From positions 97,132,397-97,196,396 of the forward strand of contig CM097887.1 of NCBI GenBank assembly GCA_044892525.1: a DNA stretch of 64,000 nt. The letters run 5' to 3'. This document shows positions 37,101-50,129 of the stretch, one piece after another. Origin of the DNA: Schmidtea polychroa. Its lineage: Eukaryota. The position numbers and the translations under genes were made by a program. The notes beneath the pieces were generated by a model. That model searched no databases and was not told where the DNA came from. It saw only the letters and a list, made by a program, of their open reading frames with translations. How positions within the stretch are numbered: the first letter of the stretch is position 1; every line of letters begins with the position of its first letter.

Positions 37101-40100
37101 AATTCTAAGAATTTCATTCTTTCTGAATAATTACTTCTAATTATTCCAACTGAGAAATGCCATGATTTTTCTTTCAAATTAGAGGTTAAAAATCCCCTCG
37201 AAGACACTTGTTATCTCAAGGAATCCAAATCATTCAGAGTAACGGTTAAATTTTCTATTGTTGTTCGAATATATTTTTATTTTAAAGTAACATTACTATC
37301 TTCTATATTTTTGAATTTCAATTTAATATTTGTTTGTAAAATACAGATTTTTCTAAGACCGTCCCGAAACAATATTTTTACTGAAGATTCGGCTGTACAC
37401 TACAAATCTCTTATAGACATATTATACAAAATATGACAGACAACTAATATCTAGGTGCATACACTCAAATACGATACTTTCTAAAAGAAGAATACCTAAC
37501 GAATAAGTACCACTTAACTAATACTGACTATAGACAAACATTACAGTATGATAGTGGCAGACCTTGATAAATGATTATTTTACTGAAAAGATATTGATAA
37601 AGAAGTTAAAATATTTGTAGTTATTTGTTTCCTGTTTGTCAAATGGTTTAACACAGCAAGACCTCTCTTGGAAACATTTCTTTTCAAAGAAATTCTTTGA
37701 TAGCATGTATTGGGAATCGTTGCATATTCCTAACACTAGAACTACCAGACCAATCAAAATGACTGGTTTTACATTTTATCATTAATTCATCATCAATTTT
37801 TATTTTTTTTATGAATTATATTATGACTTTTCTAGTGATACATATATGTTTATTATAATGAATTTTATTTTGCGTTTGCTTAATTATAGAAAGTTTTTTT
37901 TATTTTGGATACTTTTACCAACACCAGTCAAACTTTTGGTAGTTCTAGTGTTAATATATGATACTGATTTTTTTTTAAAAACTAGATATTCAAAATATTG
38001 TTGTAAATATAAACTGAAAATAAAAAGTAGTACTAAATATATAATAATTTAGTTTCTTTTAGAAATAATATTCGAATATTAAATTATAAATATCAAACCA
38101 ATTATAAATTATTTATATTTAATTGTTTTATTATGATTAATTTACTAGATTTCAAATGGTCGTATGATTGACCTTTAATAAAGCTTTTGTTTATATTATA
38201 AATAAATTTTAGTAAATAAGTTGTTTTAGCTAAATAATTTTAGTTTTCTACAGTTAGATACCGTTATAACTTGAGATGGTTTTTTTTCTTACTGTAGTAT
38301 TTTAATATTTCTTTGAAATATTATATAAATATATTAATATTAATTTAATCTGTTAACTGTTTATTTCTCATACATGCGTCATCGGGTGGAACTAATTAAG
38401 CACACAGAAACTAATTTCAAAAAAACTAATCCATTAACAGTTTGAAAAATCAAACATTCTTCAGATTTATATTTAAAATATATAGTTGGTAATAAAAATA
38501 GTTACGTTTCAAATATTATTATTGAGGATGTCTAAATTATTAAATTGATTAAAACTTTTAGAAAATAAACAAAATATATAAGAGAACAATTTTATTAATT
38601 ATTGAAAGCGAAGCTTGGGGAAGGAACTTAGAAACAATGGGAAAATAAGAAAAGGAACAGATAATCGAAGAAATAATTAATATGTTGAAAGAAGTTATGT
38701 TTTGATTAACTTCAAAAACTTTAATTATGAAAAGAAAAACAACAATTGATAAAATGCTAGACCTTTGAAGTCTTCATCGTCACCAAATAAAATCTGATAA
38801 TTATTTAGAAGAGTTATTATTGTTATGATATGAATAACATAACGAACATAAAATTTCATTNNNNNNNNNNNNNNNNNNNNNNNNNNNNNNNNNNNNNNNN
38901 NNNNNNNNNNNNNNNNNNNNNNNNNNNNNNNNNNNNNNNNNNNNNNNNNNNNNNNNNNNNNNNNNNNNNNNNNNNNNNNNNNNNNNNNNNNNNNNNNNNN
39001 NNNNNNNNNNNNNNNTCTAGCGAAGCCACTTTGTACAATGCATCAAATCACTTAAGGGGTTAAAGAAGATAATAATTCTTTAAAACTATTTTTTTGAACA
39101 TTTCTTTTGAAGTGTGGAGATGAAAACATGTTAGAGATTAGCAAAGGTAAGTATAATGAATTTTTACAGCTGTTTTGCTAACCAATAAGTCGAAAGGTAC
39201 AACGAAATGAATTTATAAAATTTCAGTTTAATAGCAGTGGTGAAGTTTACTTAGATAACATATATGATTATTGGAAAATACATAGAAATAGATGTCTGCG
39301 TTTTTAATCTTAATCTGACATTTTATGTATTGTTTTGTTCATTGTTATAAATTATTACAACAATAGAATTACAACCCGTTGTGTAAAATTATGAATTAAA
39401 TACCCAGTTATGTTAAAGAATAATATGAAATATATTTATATTATTTGTTTCATTTGTGAGGTTTTAAAAAAATATTCTTGTTTTAGTTTTCTNNNNNNNN
39501 NNNNNNNNNNNNNNNNNNNNNNNNNNNNNNNNNNNNNNNNNNNNNNNNNNNNNNNNNNNNNNNNNNNNNNNNNNNNNNNNNNNNNNNNNNNNNNNNNNNN
39601 NNNNNNNNNNNNNNNNNNNNNNNNNNNNNNNNNNNNNNNNNNNNNNNNNNNNNNNNNNNNNNNNNNAGTTTCTTCACTGCACAAAATTAAAGTACAATAT
39701 CTTAATAGTATCTTTGCGGCTGTATATTTAGTGTATGTTTTGGGTTTAGGACTATTTATTTGCAACCAAGATAGTCTGAAAAGAAAAAAAAGATAAAGAA
39801 AGTCGAAAATAAAAATAGATCATTGGTAAAAAAATGGGTACTGTAACATTTTCCGAATATCATTTTCTAGAAATCTTTTACATACGACTCATATTTATGC
39901 ATTTTAGTTTTATGTATGAAATAGCGACGAACTTAAAATTCCTAAAATTGAAAATATTAAAATATCATTTGTCTTACCGATTTGCGAAATGGATTTGTGA
40001 TCCAGCAATTCGTGATTTATTTCATAGACAACTGTTTTGAACCACTGGCAAATATTGGAAATAGTTAAGTGATACAAAATAAACCGTATGACTGCTTTGT

Positions 40101-43100
40101 GCTTGAGGAAAATTGCCTACAAAAATATAAATATGATAATAACTTTAAAATGTCCTGAAATTACATTATAGAATTTACATTATAATATCTCATGTAAAGG
40201 TTTTAGAAGTAACTTAAAACATGCACTGTGTTAGCAAATCTTGTAAACGTTCAACGAGTCACCCGGGACCCATAACCCAACTAAATGTGTTAAGTAATTT
40301 CAAGAAGATAAATACAACTGTTTATAATTAAAAAGCATATTATAATCCAATATGATAATCTTCTCATAAATTATATACTATAGACAAAAAATATCTACAA
40401 ACCCTAGCAATCCAGAAGTTCTGAATTGGGATCGTGATTGAGCCTTTCTTGAATTAGAAATCTCGAGAAATAATGTTCGATTAAATAATAATATAAAAAA
40501 ATTTAATATAAAAAAAATTTAATATAAGAAAAATTTAGACTGGCAGTATCTAATGACATTTAATTTTCGTCATTCTATTATTATATTCCAATTTACATAT
40601 TATTTGTTTATAATTATAATAAAAGTCTAACAATTTGTTATAAGAAGTTATTTCTAACTTAAAATTGGAATTTAATAACAAATTTTTTTAATAAAATTTT
40701 AATAAAATTTTTAATAAAAGCCTGAAATGAACAATCAGAATCATAAAAATACAAAAATTATACTGATTACAGCACAGATTTTAGCTTAAGTTCCGACAAA
40801 AATAAGGCTTTATGTACCTACTGTAATAAAGCATCACAAACAACAGAATTGTATCATCTTTTAGCAGCAAAACATGGAATCAAAAGAATTTTGTCAGACA
40901 TTTGCAATCGTTCATTAATTCAAAAATCAGGCCTAACAAGTGAAAAATATATACCTACTTTAGAAGAAATTAAAGAACTTCTGAACCACTTTTTATAGCA
41001 GCATTTCCAACTGTTTTTATTGTAATAAGTGGAGAAATTTCACTATTTACATAAGATTTTTGAGAATATAAATTGAAATATTATAGTATTATAAGAACAT
41101 TTTTTTCAAACTTCACCACTGATTTCGTTTCCATTGTATTTATTAAAAAGCTTGTAGACTATGACTCAGTAAATATATCAAAAACATCGATAGATTTACT
41201 GATTCATAGTCTTCAGCTTTTTAATAAATAAAATATTATAATTTTGTATATACATTTTTAGCGATAATTTTCTTTTATTTATTTTGCCGATGAAGTGCTA
41301 CATTTTTCTTATATTAGGTGCAGAACTGTAGTAAAGATATTTCAGCTAATAAAACAAAATTGCCCACAGAAATGACTGCTAAAGCAACTGAACTGCAAAT
41401 TATTGCAAAGATTTTTTTCCTGTATTATTGAGTGATAATGAATCACTTAAAAATTCATTTATAATATTCATATTTTCATTAGTTTGATTTTTATTCTTAA
41501 TATATTACATGTTCTAAACCGAAAGAAATTATAGGAATTATGTCTACACCGAATGAACTGGTGTGACATCAAGATGACATTGAAAGGGAAAATATTAGTA
41601 ATTTTGTAAAACTGAATATCGCATCTATGTTATAAATATTGATGAAAATATTTTAGTTGACAATATTGTATTTTGTTACAAAATTGCCATTTTAACTAAT
41701 AAAATCAGTTTTTTTTGTTTTAATTTACAATTCAACTAGAAAAATGTTTATTTGATTAACTTAAACTTGAGTGAAATATTTCTAAGAATATGTGATATTT
41801 ATTTAAAAATCAGTGTATACGCTAGTATAGATTTTGTTTTCCTTTTTTATATATAATTTTCGGTGATCAAATAGATATAATTAAGAAATGTTTAAGGATG
41901 GAATTATTAAATAAGTGATTTTATAAGAGATAAGGCGATGGAGATATCATTAGGCTGAGGGAAAAGATTTTTTTACTACCATCTTTCGGAGGTTATTAAT
42001 TTGTTGCTTTTAATCATTATGATAAAAGATTTTTACATTTACAAAAGCTTTATTTTGTAATGGAATCAAAATGGACATACAGATAGGATGTGTAGAAAGA
42101 AATTAAACTGCAATAGCTCAATTTATTATTAGAAGAAGTATAAATGTATTATGTAGAAGTATAAAGATATAAAACTTCTGAATATCAACTTTTCATTAAT
42201 AAAAATATTTTCTATACCTTGTCATTAATTTCCACGGTAATGTTTTGGATGTCTTTGACCTACTCTCATTTGACAACAAATGTATTTATTTCTTACATGA
42301 TGTTACATAAATTTATTATAGTATTTTTAGTACCATTTAAAATAGTTCAAAATGAATTTTAATTATTAAATTCCTCTTACTTCATTAATCTACTGTTCCA
42401 TTATTTTTTTAGGTTTCTTCCGAGGTTTGTTTTAATCAGATAAATAGCCAAGCTAATTTTACTTTTAAAACTAAAATCTTTTTATTAAATTTTATGTATA
42501 AATATTATTTTAACAAAAAATAATAAGGTTATTTTATTTTTAATGTTAACCTTTTCATTATTAATTATCACAATAATATAATTATGATTTTTATCTCATT
42601 TTCACATAGAAAATAAAATCTTGTGGTCTTCTGATGGATATTATGAATATTAAAAAATAAATAATCTCACCACTCAATTGACATTTATAAATGTATGGTA
42701 AATATTTTTTTACATTTGTTTATTTCATTACATTTTGTGGGAACGCGATATTCAAAGTAAAAACAATAGTATAGTTTATATACAAAAATTAGTATACATT
42801 TGAATTAATTGACAGGTTTTTTAAATAATTTTGTTTTATTTACATTGGTATGATTTAGTATTTTATAGTCGGCGATGAGCTGAAAGATTTTAACAAGCGG
42901 CATGTGTAAGGTAATCTTCACTTAATTACTTTAAAAGATTTGAAATAAAAGTAACTTTTCATGAATGATGTAGCTCCATAATTAAGTTCAAACCTATCTT
43001 TAATAAGTTTGGGTTATTCAAAAAAGTTTCTAAGTCGGTACCACACTCTGACTTCGCGTGCTCTTTAAGTTAAATTAAAGCAATGACACCCAGCGCAATA

Positions 43101-46100
43101 AATTTTGTCTAATTTCATCACAATTTCTAACAATATTGTCAGGAATACTTTTACTTTCATGTGATAAGGTAGATATTTTTGCTGCTACATATTTAATTAA
43201 TTTTATGTACAAACTCTAACTTCACTATTTTCTTCTTGACTATTCTTTGGATAACTCTATTTCACATTTTATATTCCACCATCTTACCAATAGCCAACAA
43301 TGTCCCTGTTTTTATACAACTTTCTATCCTAAATATGTTCAAAAACAAAATAATTAAATTAGACTACATTATCTTTCAAGTCAACGCAATTAAGTAAGCA
43401 ACATTTTTGTTATGTTCATTTCTTTATGCTACATTTCTTTATGTCCAGAAACTCTGTTCAGCTAATTTAATATTTTTGCCTTTTTAATAGTTTTTCTGGA
43501 GACCTTCCAATGACTTTATATAATTGCATTCGTATTTGTCTCATTATTTCGCATCCACATCTAACTGTTCTCTTATTATAGGTAAATTTTTAATTTTTCC
43601 ATTTTTTAATTAATTTTTGTATTTTATTTATTAATTTTGAATTTTTATAAATTTTCCCATTTTTAATCGATTTGCATTATATTAAATTTCCTTTTTATTA
43701 CTCTAAACCATGGGTTCTTAACCTTTTCAAACTTATGGACCCCATAAATATATAATTGGTACCGACGGACCCCTTAAATGTTAAAAAATTAATAAATTGA
43801 TAGTAAGACAAATGCATTTTTTAATAATTATTTAAAAATCTGTTTATTCAGCTTCAAACAAAAATAATAAAAGTTTTTTGTAAATAGTGCCGCGGACCAC
43901 TTGGAACCTGTTCGCGGACCCCCTGGGGGTGCATGGACCCCAGGTTAAGAACCACTGCTCTAAACAAACTTTAACACTTTTAAGAATGTCCAAAAAAGGT
44001 TACAGAGAGTGAACTCATTTAAAAGTTTTATTAGTGCAATACAGTGGCATTTTTGTGGTTTGTGATGCAAGCTCTGCGAATTATTAATGTATTATATTTG
44101 TATATTATTAATTGTATAAAAAGATTTTATGTGTAATAAATTATAAAATAATTGATTAACACAAAATTGTGCAAATTATAATTATTAAAATAATTATTAT
44201 AATCATTATAATTATTAAAAATAATTATTAAAAAAAATAAAAATTTTAAGTGGCTACAAAAATCAAATTTTTAAAATTCTAGAAAATAATTTTTTCCTAA
44301 ATAAAGACCTAGCTAGGTTATTTTTTTGTACCAGAAATGTTAATTTTTTTATTTTATTTATATTTTTTTCAATAAATAATTATAAATATTGGTTGTCGAT
44401 ATTTTTTTTAGAAATTTTTATTTAAATCCTATTTTAATTTTACTTTTATTTTAATCCTATATTCTTTACACTTTTGTGTTATTAACCCATTTTCCATGTT
44501 ATTTCTTTTGGAATTGCATGTCAATTCTGTCACTTATATTTTTAAAACTTTTTCTAATATAATAAGCAGCATATATAATACATTTCTACGCGTGAGAAAT
44601 GCATAGCAATAAAACGATTTAGTAATTCTTCCTGGTGTAATAATGCAGTTGGAGGAGTTAACTCGGCGCAAACGGAAAAAGTATTAATGAAAATATTCAC
44701 TACAAAGAACTTCCTTTGTTAAATTTATTTAAAATTTTTAAAACAAAATAAAAAATAGCATACTCTGTGATATTTGAATATAAAAAAGGTTTGAATAAAA
44801 ATGTATGCTAGATGCAAACACTGCTTTGGAGTCCAGAGTTGATTGTGGCAAAAACTATTTTGGAGCCTAACTTGATCAGCAATTTTAAAGCCATCATGAA
44901 CCATAACTCCAAAACCAAATCCTTAAATAAAATTTATCATTAAAGGCATATTGCTAATTTTGACAATAAAAGTGAGTCACTTTAAAAGCATAAGAAATTT
45001 CAAATTAATTACAAAATATTTGCTTTGATATCAATTTTAAATTCTTTTAATAACTTTTTCTAAATATATTCCTCGTATAGTTAGTATCCCAATAATTTAA
45101 AACATCAAGTTATCTGGTTTTGAGAAATTACAATCAAGGAATAATTGGACTGGTTATTAGAATTAAAGGCGATGTCAAAAAATACTTTATTTTATGAAGG
45201 AACTCTTTTTATTCTCAGTGTTATCCTTGAAAATGTTCTCAGGCACGCTGTTTCCTATATTGAGCACGCAAAGCGTATGACATTTGTTGCATTGCATATA
45301 GCTTACCCTCTTAAACACTAATGAGGAATCTTAACGGATTTAAAGGTCTAATGTAATTTTTAATTGAAATCATGGTTATTATATAATAATAATTAATTGT
45401 TTTAAAAGTTAATACCGTATTTTCATTATAATACTGCGCGATATGCACGATTTTATCTTTTGTGAAATTTTTACAATTTCAATGGGCATTGTCGATTTTT
45501 TTTATGTAACGCTCGTTTATATTAATTTTGTTTTGAATCATTCTTTATTTTGTGCTCAATAGTATTTATCTTGTTTTGTTTTACAGGATTTGTTACAGGA
45601 GGTTTGTATTTAGTACCTATTCAAATCGTTGATTAAGAACACAAAACACACAAACAAAAAAATTTTTATTTCTTTTTATTCATGTCATCATATTCTGTCA
45701 CTTGGTCTCTATATGGGCTGTATGTCAGTGTACGTGCTGTAGTCGATTAGTTTTACACGAAGGACAACTTTCAGCGTGGTTTTGTCGTCAAATACGGTTT
45801 TTTACGGTTTAGATATTTTTAAACAATTTTATTTAATTAAAATTCTTTTAATTTAAAAGAATTTAATAAACCAAATTTTTCTAATATTTTAAAACCTAAT
45901 TTTAAAAAACTTACCAACAGCTCCCAGCCTCAAGTAAAGATTTATTCCATTAGTTTCTTTTATAACGTAATAATTATTAAATTGTTGAGATGTAAATAAT
46001 TTGTTTTCTGAGTGACTTGATTTGTCATCGATATTAAAAGCATTTGACAAGTTATTAATTTGCAAAGTATTTGTTGACAAATGATTAGTGTTATCATTTG

Positions 46101-49100
46101 AAATATTTTCCAACTCTATATCTTCAGTATTTTGATGAGATAGCTTGAATGTAACCTAAAATATTTTCAATATTTTTAACTTTTATCTTTGAATTTTACC
46201 TTTTGTGAATCCGTATCTACAAGCTCGCGAGTAATTTCATCTTGACACAGGTTGTCTTCTTTATGAAAAAAATACAAAAATAAATATAATAATTATGTCT
46301 ATTTTCTTGTTTAAAAATAACATTTTTAGATATTTTAATATTTTGAATATATAATAATTCGGCTATGTAGTTTAAAAAGGATGTCGTTTTGCATTTAGCG
46401 TCTCCTGAAACGTTAGTACAGTTAATTTGGTGAATCTTTAATCACTCATATTTTGTTGATAAACCACTAAATTCACCTTTTTAATATTTCCGAAAATACA
46501 CATTTATACACATTTAGTAAAATCTTTAATACTATTAGCTATTAACCTATTAACCAGATTTTTATTTATGTAACACGAGTTTTAGGTATAGCCCCTTTCA
46601 AATGTTTACAATCGCTTGAAATAATGCATGAAAAAGAAAAGAGCCTTGAAACTTGCAAAGCGATTCATAAATGGTTTGAAATATGAATATTTTATTTAAT
46701 AAATTTTTCTTCGCATATTAGCAAATGGCCTAAGGTATTATATATTATATAAATATTTGGTTATCTATTGTTACATTTAGTAAATTAAGATGATTTTGTA
46801 TGTAGATCATTACTTTTGTTCATTTCTCTAAGTTAAGTGGTATAAAGCATTGTATAAAGAAGCTCGGGAAACACTGGTTTAAGATGAATAAAATATTCAG
46901 GCGTCCATAGTCCAAGTCTTCTTTACATCGTTCTTTTTCTATTCATCGCCATTCTGTTATAATATATAAAAAATATTTTTTCAAAAACCATTATTGACAC
47001 AGAAGTCTTTAGAGTGCAAAAATGACGGTATATATTACTAGAATGAAGAGAAGTTGTTTCATATTATATCTTATTCTATCATATTATATACTTTTTAAAT
47101 AAATAATTATTTCTAATAAAAATTATAAATCTTTAAGAGGTAGTACCAAAAAGTTTAGTTACAGGGTTATGCATTTCTATATACCCATTTATGCATTTTT
47201 ATATACCTATATATGCAATTTTATATATGAGTGTTTAAATTTAATAAATTAAAATTTCTTAAATTTTGTAAATATAGTCCAAAAGGAGATAAATTAAATT
47301 TTAAAATAAAAACAAATCAGAAGTGAAATATATCTTTTTTTATTTCATTCTAAAAATATAAGCAATTAATTCCGGTTAATTATTTTTACATAAATCGAAT
47401 TTTATGATTAAAAAATAAAACCTATGAACAGTCCGTTATTTTAATAAAAAATAAAATCATAATTTATTGTTAAAATTTAATAATATTATTATTATATGTT
47501 AAATAAAGTCGCAATAAAAAGTCTAAAGTCTCTAAGGAGCGTATGACCCTCGTTGGGACCTAAATTCTTTATCCATATAAATCCTTTTCCATCAAAACAT
47601 AAGTTTTAGTTTATAGTAAAACTGATTTTAATATAATAATTTATAATTTTAATAAATGCAACTTAAAATATATTTTAATTCCAAATAGTTGACTTGGGTT
47701 TAAAACAAATTATTTCTAGTTTTATTTTGTTTTTATTATTCTTCTGGCATTTTAAAGTAAATTTAACTACAGACATTTTTTTTAATTAGAATTTTTAATT
47801 AAAATATAAAGTGTTGTCAAATAGAAATATGAATATTTCTGCATATATATAAAGGCCTGGATTTAGTTTATCTATTATTAATTTTTGAAAATTTAATATT
47901 AATAAATTATATAATTAAAATTTAAAAAATAAAAACTAAAACATCGTGTTTAAAATTATATCCTAATATTTGGATATTTTTAACATTTTTGTATCATTCA
48001 TCTCATTTGGTTGACTTTTTATTGTGATGCTATTATACTTATATTTTACTATTGTTTGCTTAGAAGGGGCTTATTACAATGAGGCCTTCCATTAAATATT
48101 TAACATTATACACGTACCCCTGTAACATATATTATTCTTTTATATAAACTATGTTGCTTCTTTGGTAGCTGTTAAGCTTTTAAAGTTTAGCTTTTAACTT
48201 TAGCTTCATTATTTACATGTTTTAGTCATTCACTTCGAAATAAGGTTAAAGAAATGTTTAAAATTGTAAATAATCACTTAGAATTTTGTGACATATGATA
48301 ACATAAATCTGTAATGTTAACAAATCTTACAATTAAAAATCAAATGACTTAAATAAAATTAAATAATTTAAATAATTTCCAGGATTGTAAAGCCAATTTA
48401 ATATGACAATATATTTTTTTGTCTTTTTTTTCATTTTGAATTTTAATTATTTTAATTTTTTTTAAACTTAAAACAAAAAGCTCCGGCACCATTTTTTTTC
48501 TATTTTTTTGCAATTTTAACAAATGCAAAATACGGCACTGAAAATTTGTGTCAAATATAATAATTATAGTCGAAAACTGAATGAATATAAATGAATTTCT
48601 TAGTTTAATTTGAAAATAATTTGATATTTATTGAAATTATTGAAATTTTTTAAAGATTAATGATTATGAAACGGGTTAACTTGGCAAATATAAATATAAA
48701 TTACACAAAAATGTAAAGTAAGATTTTTTTAATTTTTATAACAATGATAAAAAATGACTGAAATGAATATCCAGAAAATGACAATAATAGTTTTATGAAT
48801 TAGTGATCTGATTTTTTATTTTTTATTTTTTATTTGAATCTAAAACATTTTATTTTTATTTATTGTTCAAATATAAATATTTCTTTTTCTAATAACAAAA
48901 ATAGTATCTAAAATGTAAGGCTTATTAATAAAGATCCAATAAAAGAAAGATAAAATTTAATTTGTCTTTTACTTATATAAATTTGTACATTTTATAATAT
49001 AACAATAATTTTATTACAAGGGTGTGGGACCATAACCGATGTCATAAACATATAAACATTCGATGACCTATGACTTATTAATAACTCTTTGTGCAAATTC

Positions 49101-49880
49101 CAACTGTTACTCTTAAAAGTATACATACCTGCATATTTGGTTTAAATTGGTACTTTCAAAAATAATAAATATATAAACTTTTTCACTTTTATTTTCATTT
49201 TAGATCATATATACACGCATCTCTCAATATATTGTCCTATATAACTCAGCAGCTATGGTTATCATCATTTCTTTTCATATTCATATTAGTTGTCAAAACT
49301 AAATATCTCAATTTTTTATTTATTTTTATTAATAATATTTTATTTCAGAAGAAGTTATTCAGTCAATGTTAAATAATGTGTAATTTTAATAAAATTTCAA
49401 AATTTCATAATGTAATTAAATATTTTCTTACTTTTATTATTTTTCTTCAAATAACAATCGTGTATATAAACATATCCCTGCAAGAAAAAAACGCTGGCAA
49501 TCGCTGTGACGTACTGAATAATTAAAAAAGCCTGTGGTTAAACAAATAAATATAATTTAATTGGAATTTAAATATAATGTTTTTACTTCTAAATAATATG
49601 CATGTTCTGTTTCTTTTTCCGAAATCGTTACAAATGAATCTGATAATGGAATAACAATTCCAAAGAACAACTGGCTCATGGCAAATAGAAGAGTGCATGA
49701 CACAGCAATTGAGCTTCTTTAATGAAAAAAAAATAAATATTTATGATAAATATTTCAAAAATATTAAAATAAATTTTGTTTACCGAGGATTATTAATTGC
49801 GAAATCTGCGAAGGCCACACTATGTCTTCTAAAAATAAAAGAAAAATCATTTAAATTTTTTTTAGAAATAATTACCTCAT
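33206..49880 (-). CDS. OTOP: Otopetrin-family proton channel, complete 9-exon model (~600 aa)
   Basis: Exons 49880-49876, 49828-49784, 49716-49587, 49531-49432, 46258-46200, 46155-45915, 44921-44764, 40116-39978 and 34131-33206 sum to 1803 nt with all phases matching. Motifs LYLRLGAVGFGFG, IQTFFIFK, RFILYHLTISNICQW..VVYE, PYLFPCAIEYSL, PGRSLVTFLIVTNLALW, IFFRFHS. Confidence 0.92.
34580..34820. mobile_element. piggyBac MITE
   Basis: TTAA|CCCTTTCCAGCCC ... GGGCTGGAAAGGG|TTAA, perfect 13-bp TIR. Confidence 0.9.
36057..36492. mobile_element. hAT (Buster/Charlie-type) MITE
   Basis: CAGGGGTGGGCAAA ... TTTGCCGACCCCTG; identical 8-bp TSD ATCTAAAC. Confidence 0.9.
37734..37950. mobile_element. TTAA-type MITE, copy 2
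   Basis: CACTAGAACTACCA ... TGGTAGTTCTAGTG|TTAA; near-identical to 12813-13003. Confidence 0.75.
40762..40998 (+). pseudogene. BED zinc-finger relic (hAT transposase N-terminus-like)
   Basis: Open frame without a start codon: FSLSSDKNKALCTYCNKASQTTELYHLLAAKHGI, resembling the BED pattern (KAxCxxC...TTxLxxHLxxxH). Confidence 0.45.
41116..41230. repeat. Foldback element family B
   Basis: ~42-bp arms (TATTTATTAAAAAGCT..GACTATGA.TCAGTAAAT) around the loop AAAAACATC; truncated copies at 26993-27085 and 32590-32673. Confidence 0.75.
43709..43957. mobile_element. hAT (Buster/Charlie-type) MITE
   Basis: CATGGGTTCTTAACCT ... AGGTTAAGAACCACTG; identical 8-bp TSD CTCTAAAC. Confidence 0.88.
45120..45349 (+). 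pseudogene. H4: Histone H4 pseudogene in an otopetrin intron
   Basis: LRNYNQGII...KGDVKK / YEGTLFILSVILENVLRHAVSYIEHAKRMTFVALHIAYPLKH** aligns to H4 LRDNIQGIT...RGGVKR / [42 protein letters not shown]; frameshifts and stops. Confidence 0.85.
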
Positions 49881-50050
49881 TCAAATGAAAATAAAATAAA
49901 TGTAAATTCGCACAATTTGTTCAACTATTAATACAAATTGTGTGCTGTCGAAATTAAAATTGACTTTTCAAACCTGATTATTTGTTGATGTTTTGTTATT
50001 GAATCAATTGTATTAATATATTAAATTTTTTATACTGGAATTTTATTATT

Positions 50051-50053
<3 letters not shown>

Positions 50054-50129
<76 letters not shown>
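50054..50129. repeat. (AAT)n microsatellite just upstream of the otopetrin start codon
   Basis: Direct reading. Confidence 0.97.

Noticed and set aside
36890-37730. Possible LINE RT relic (IYQGLPLS); similar weak signals at 10620-10790 and 52300-53030
   Set aside because: Isolated motif-like words in stop-riddled frames; cannot be supported without a profile search.
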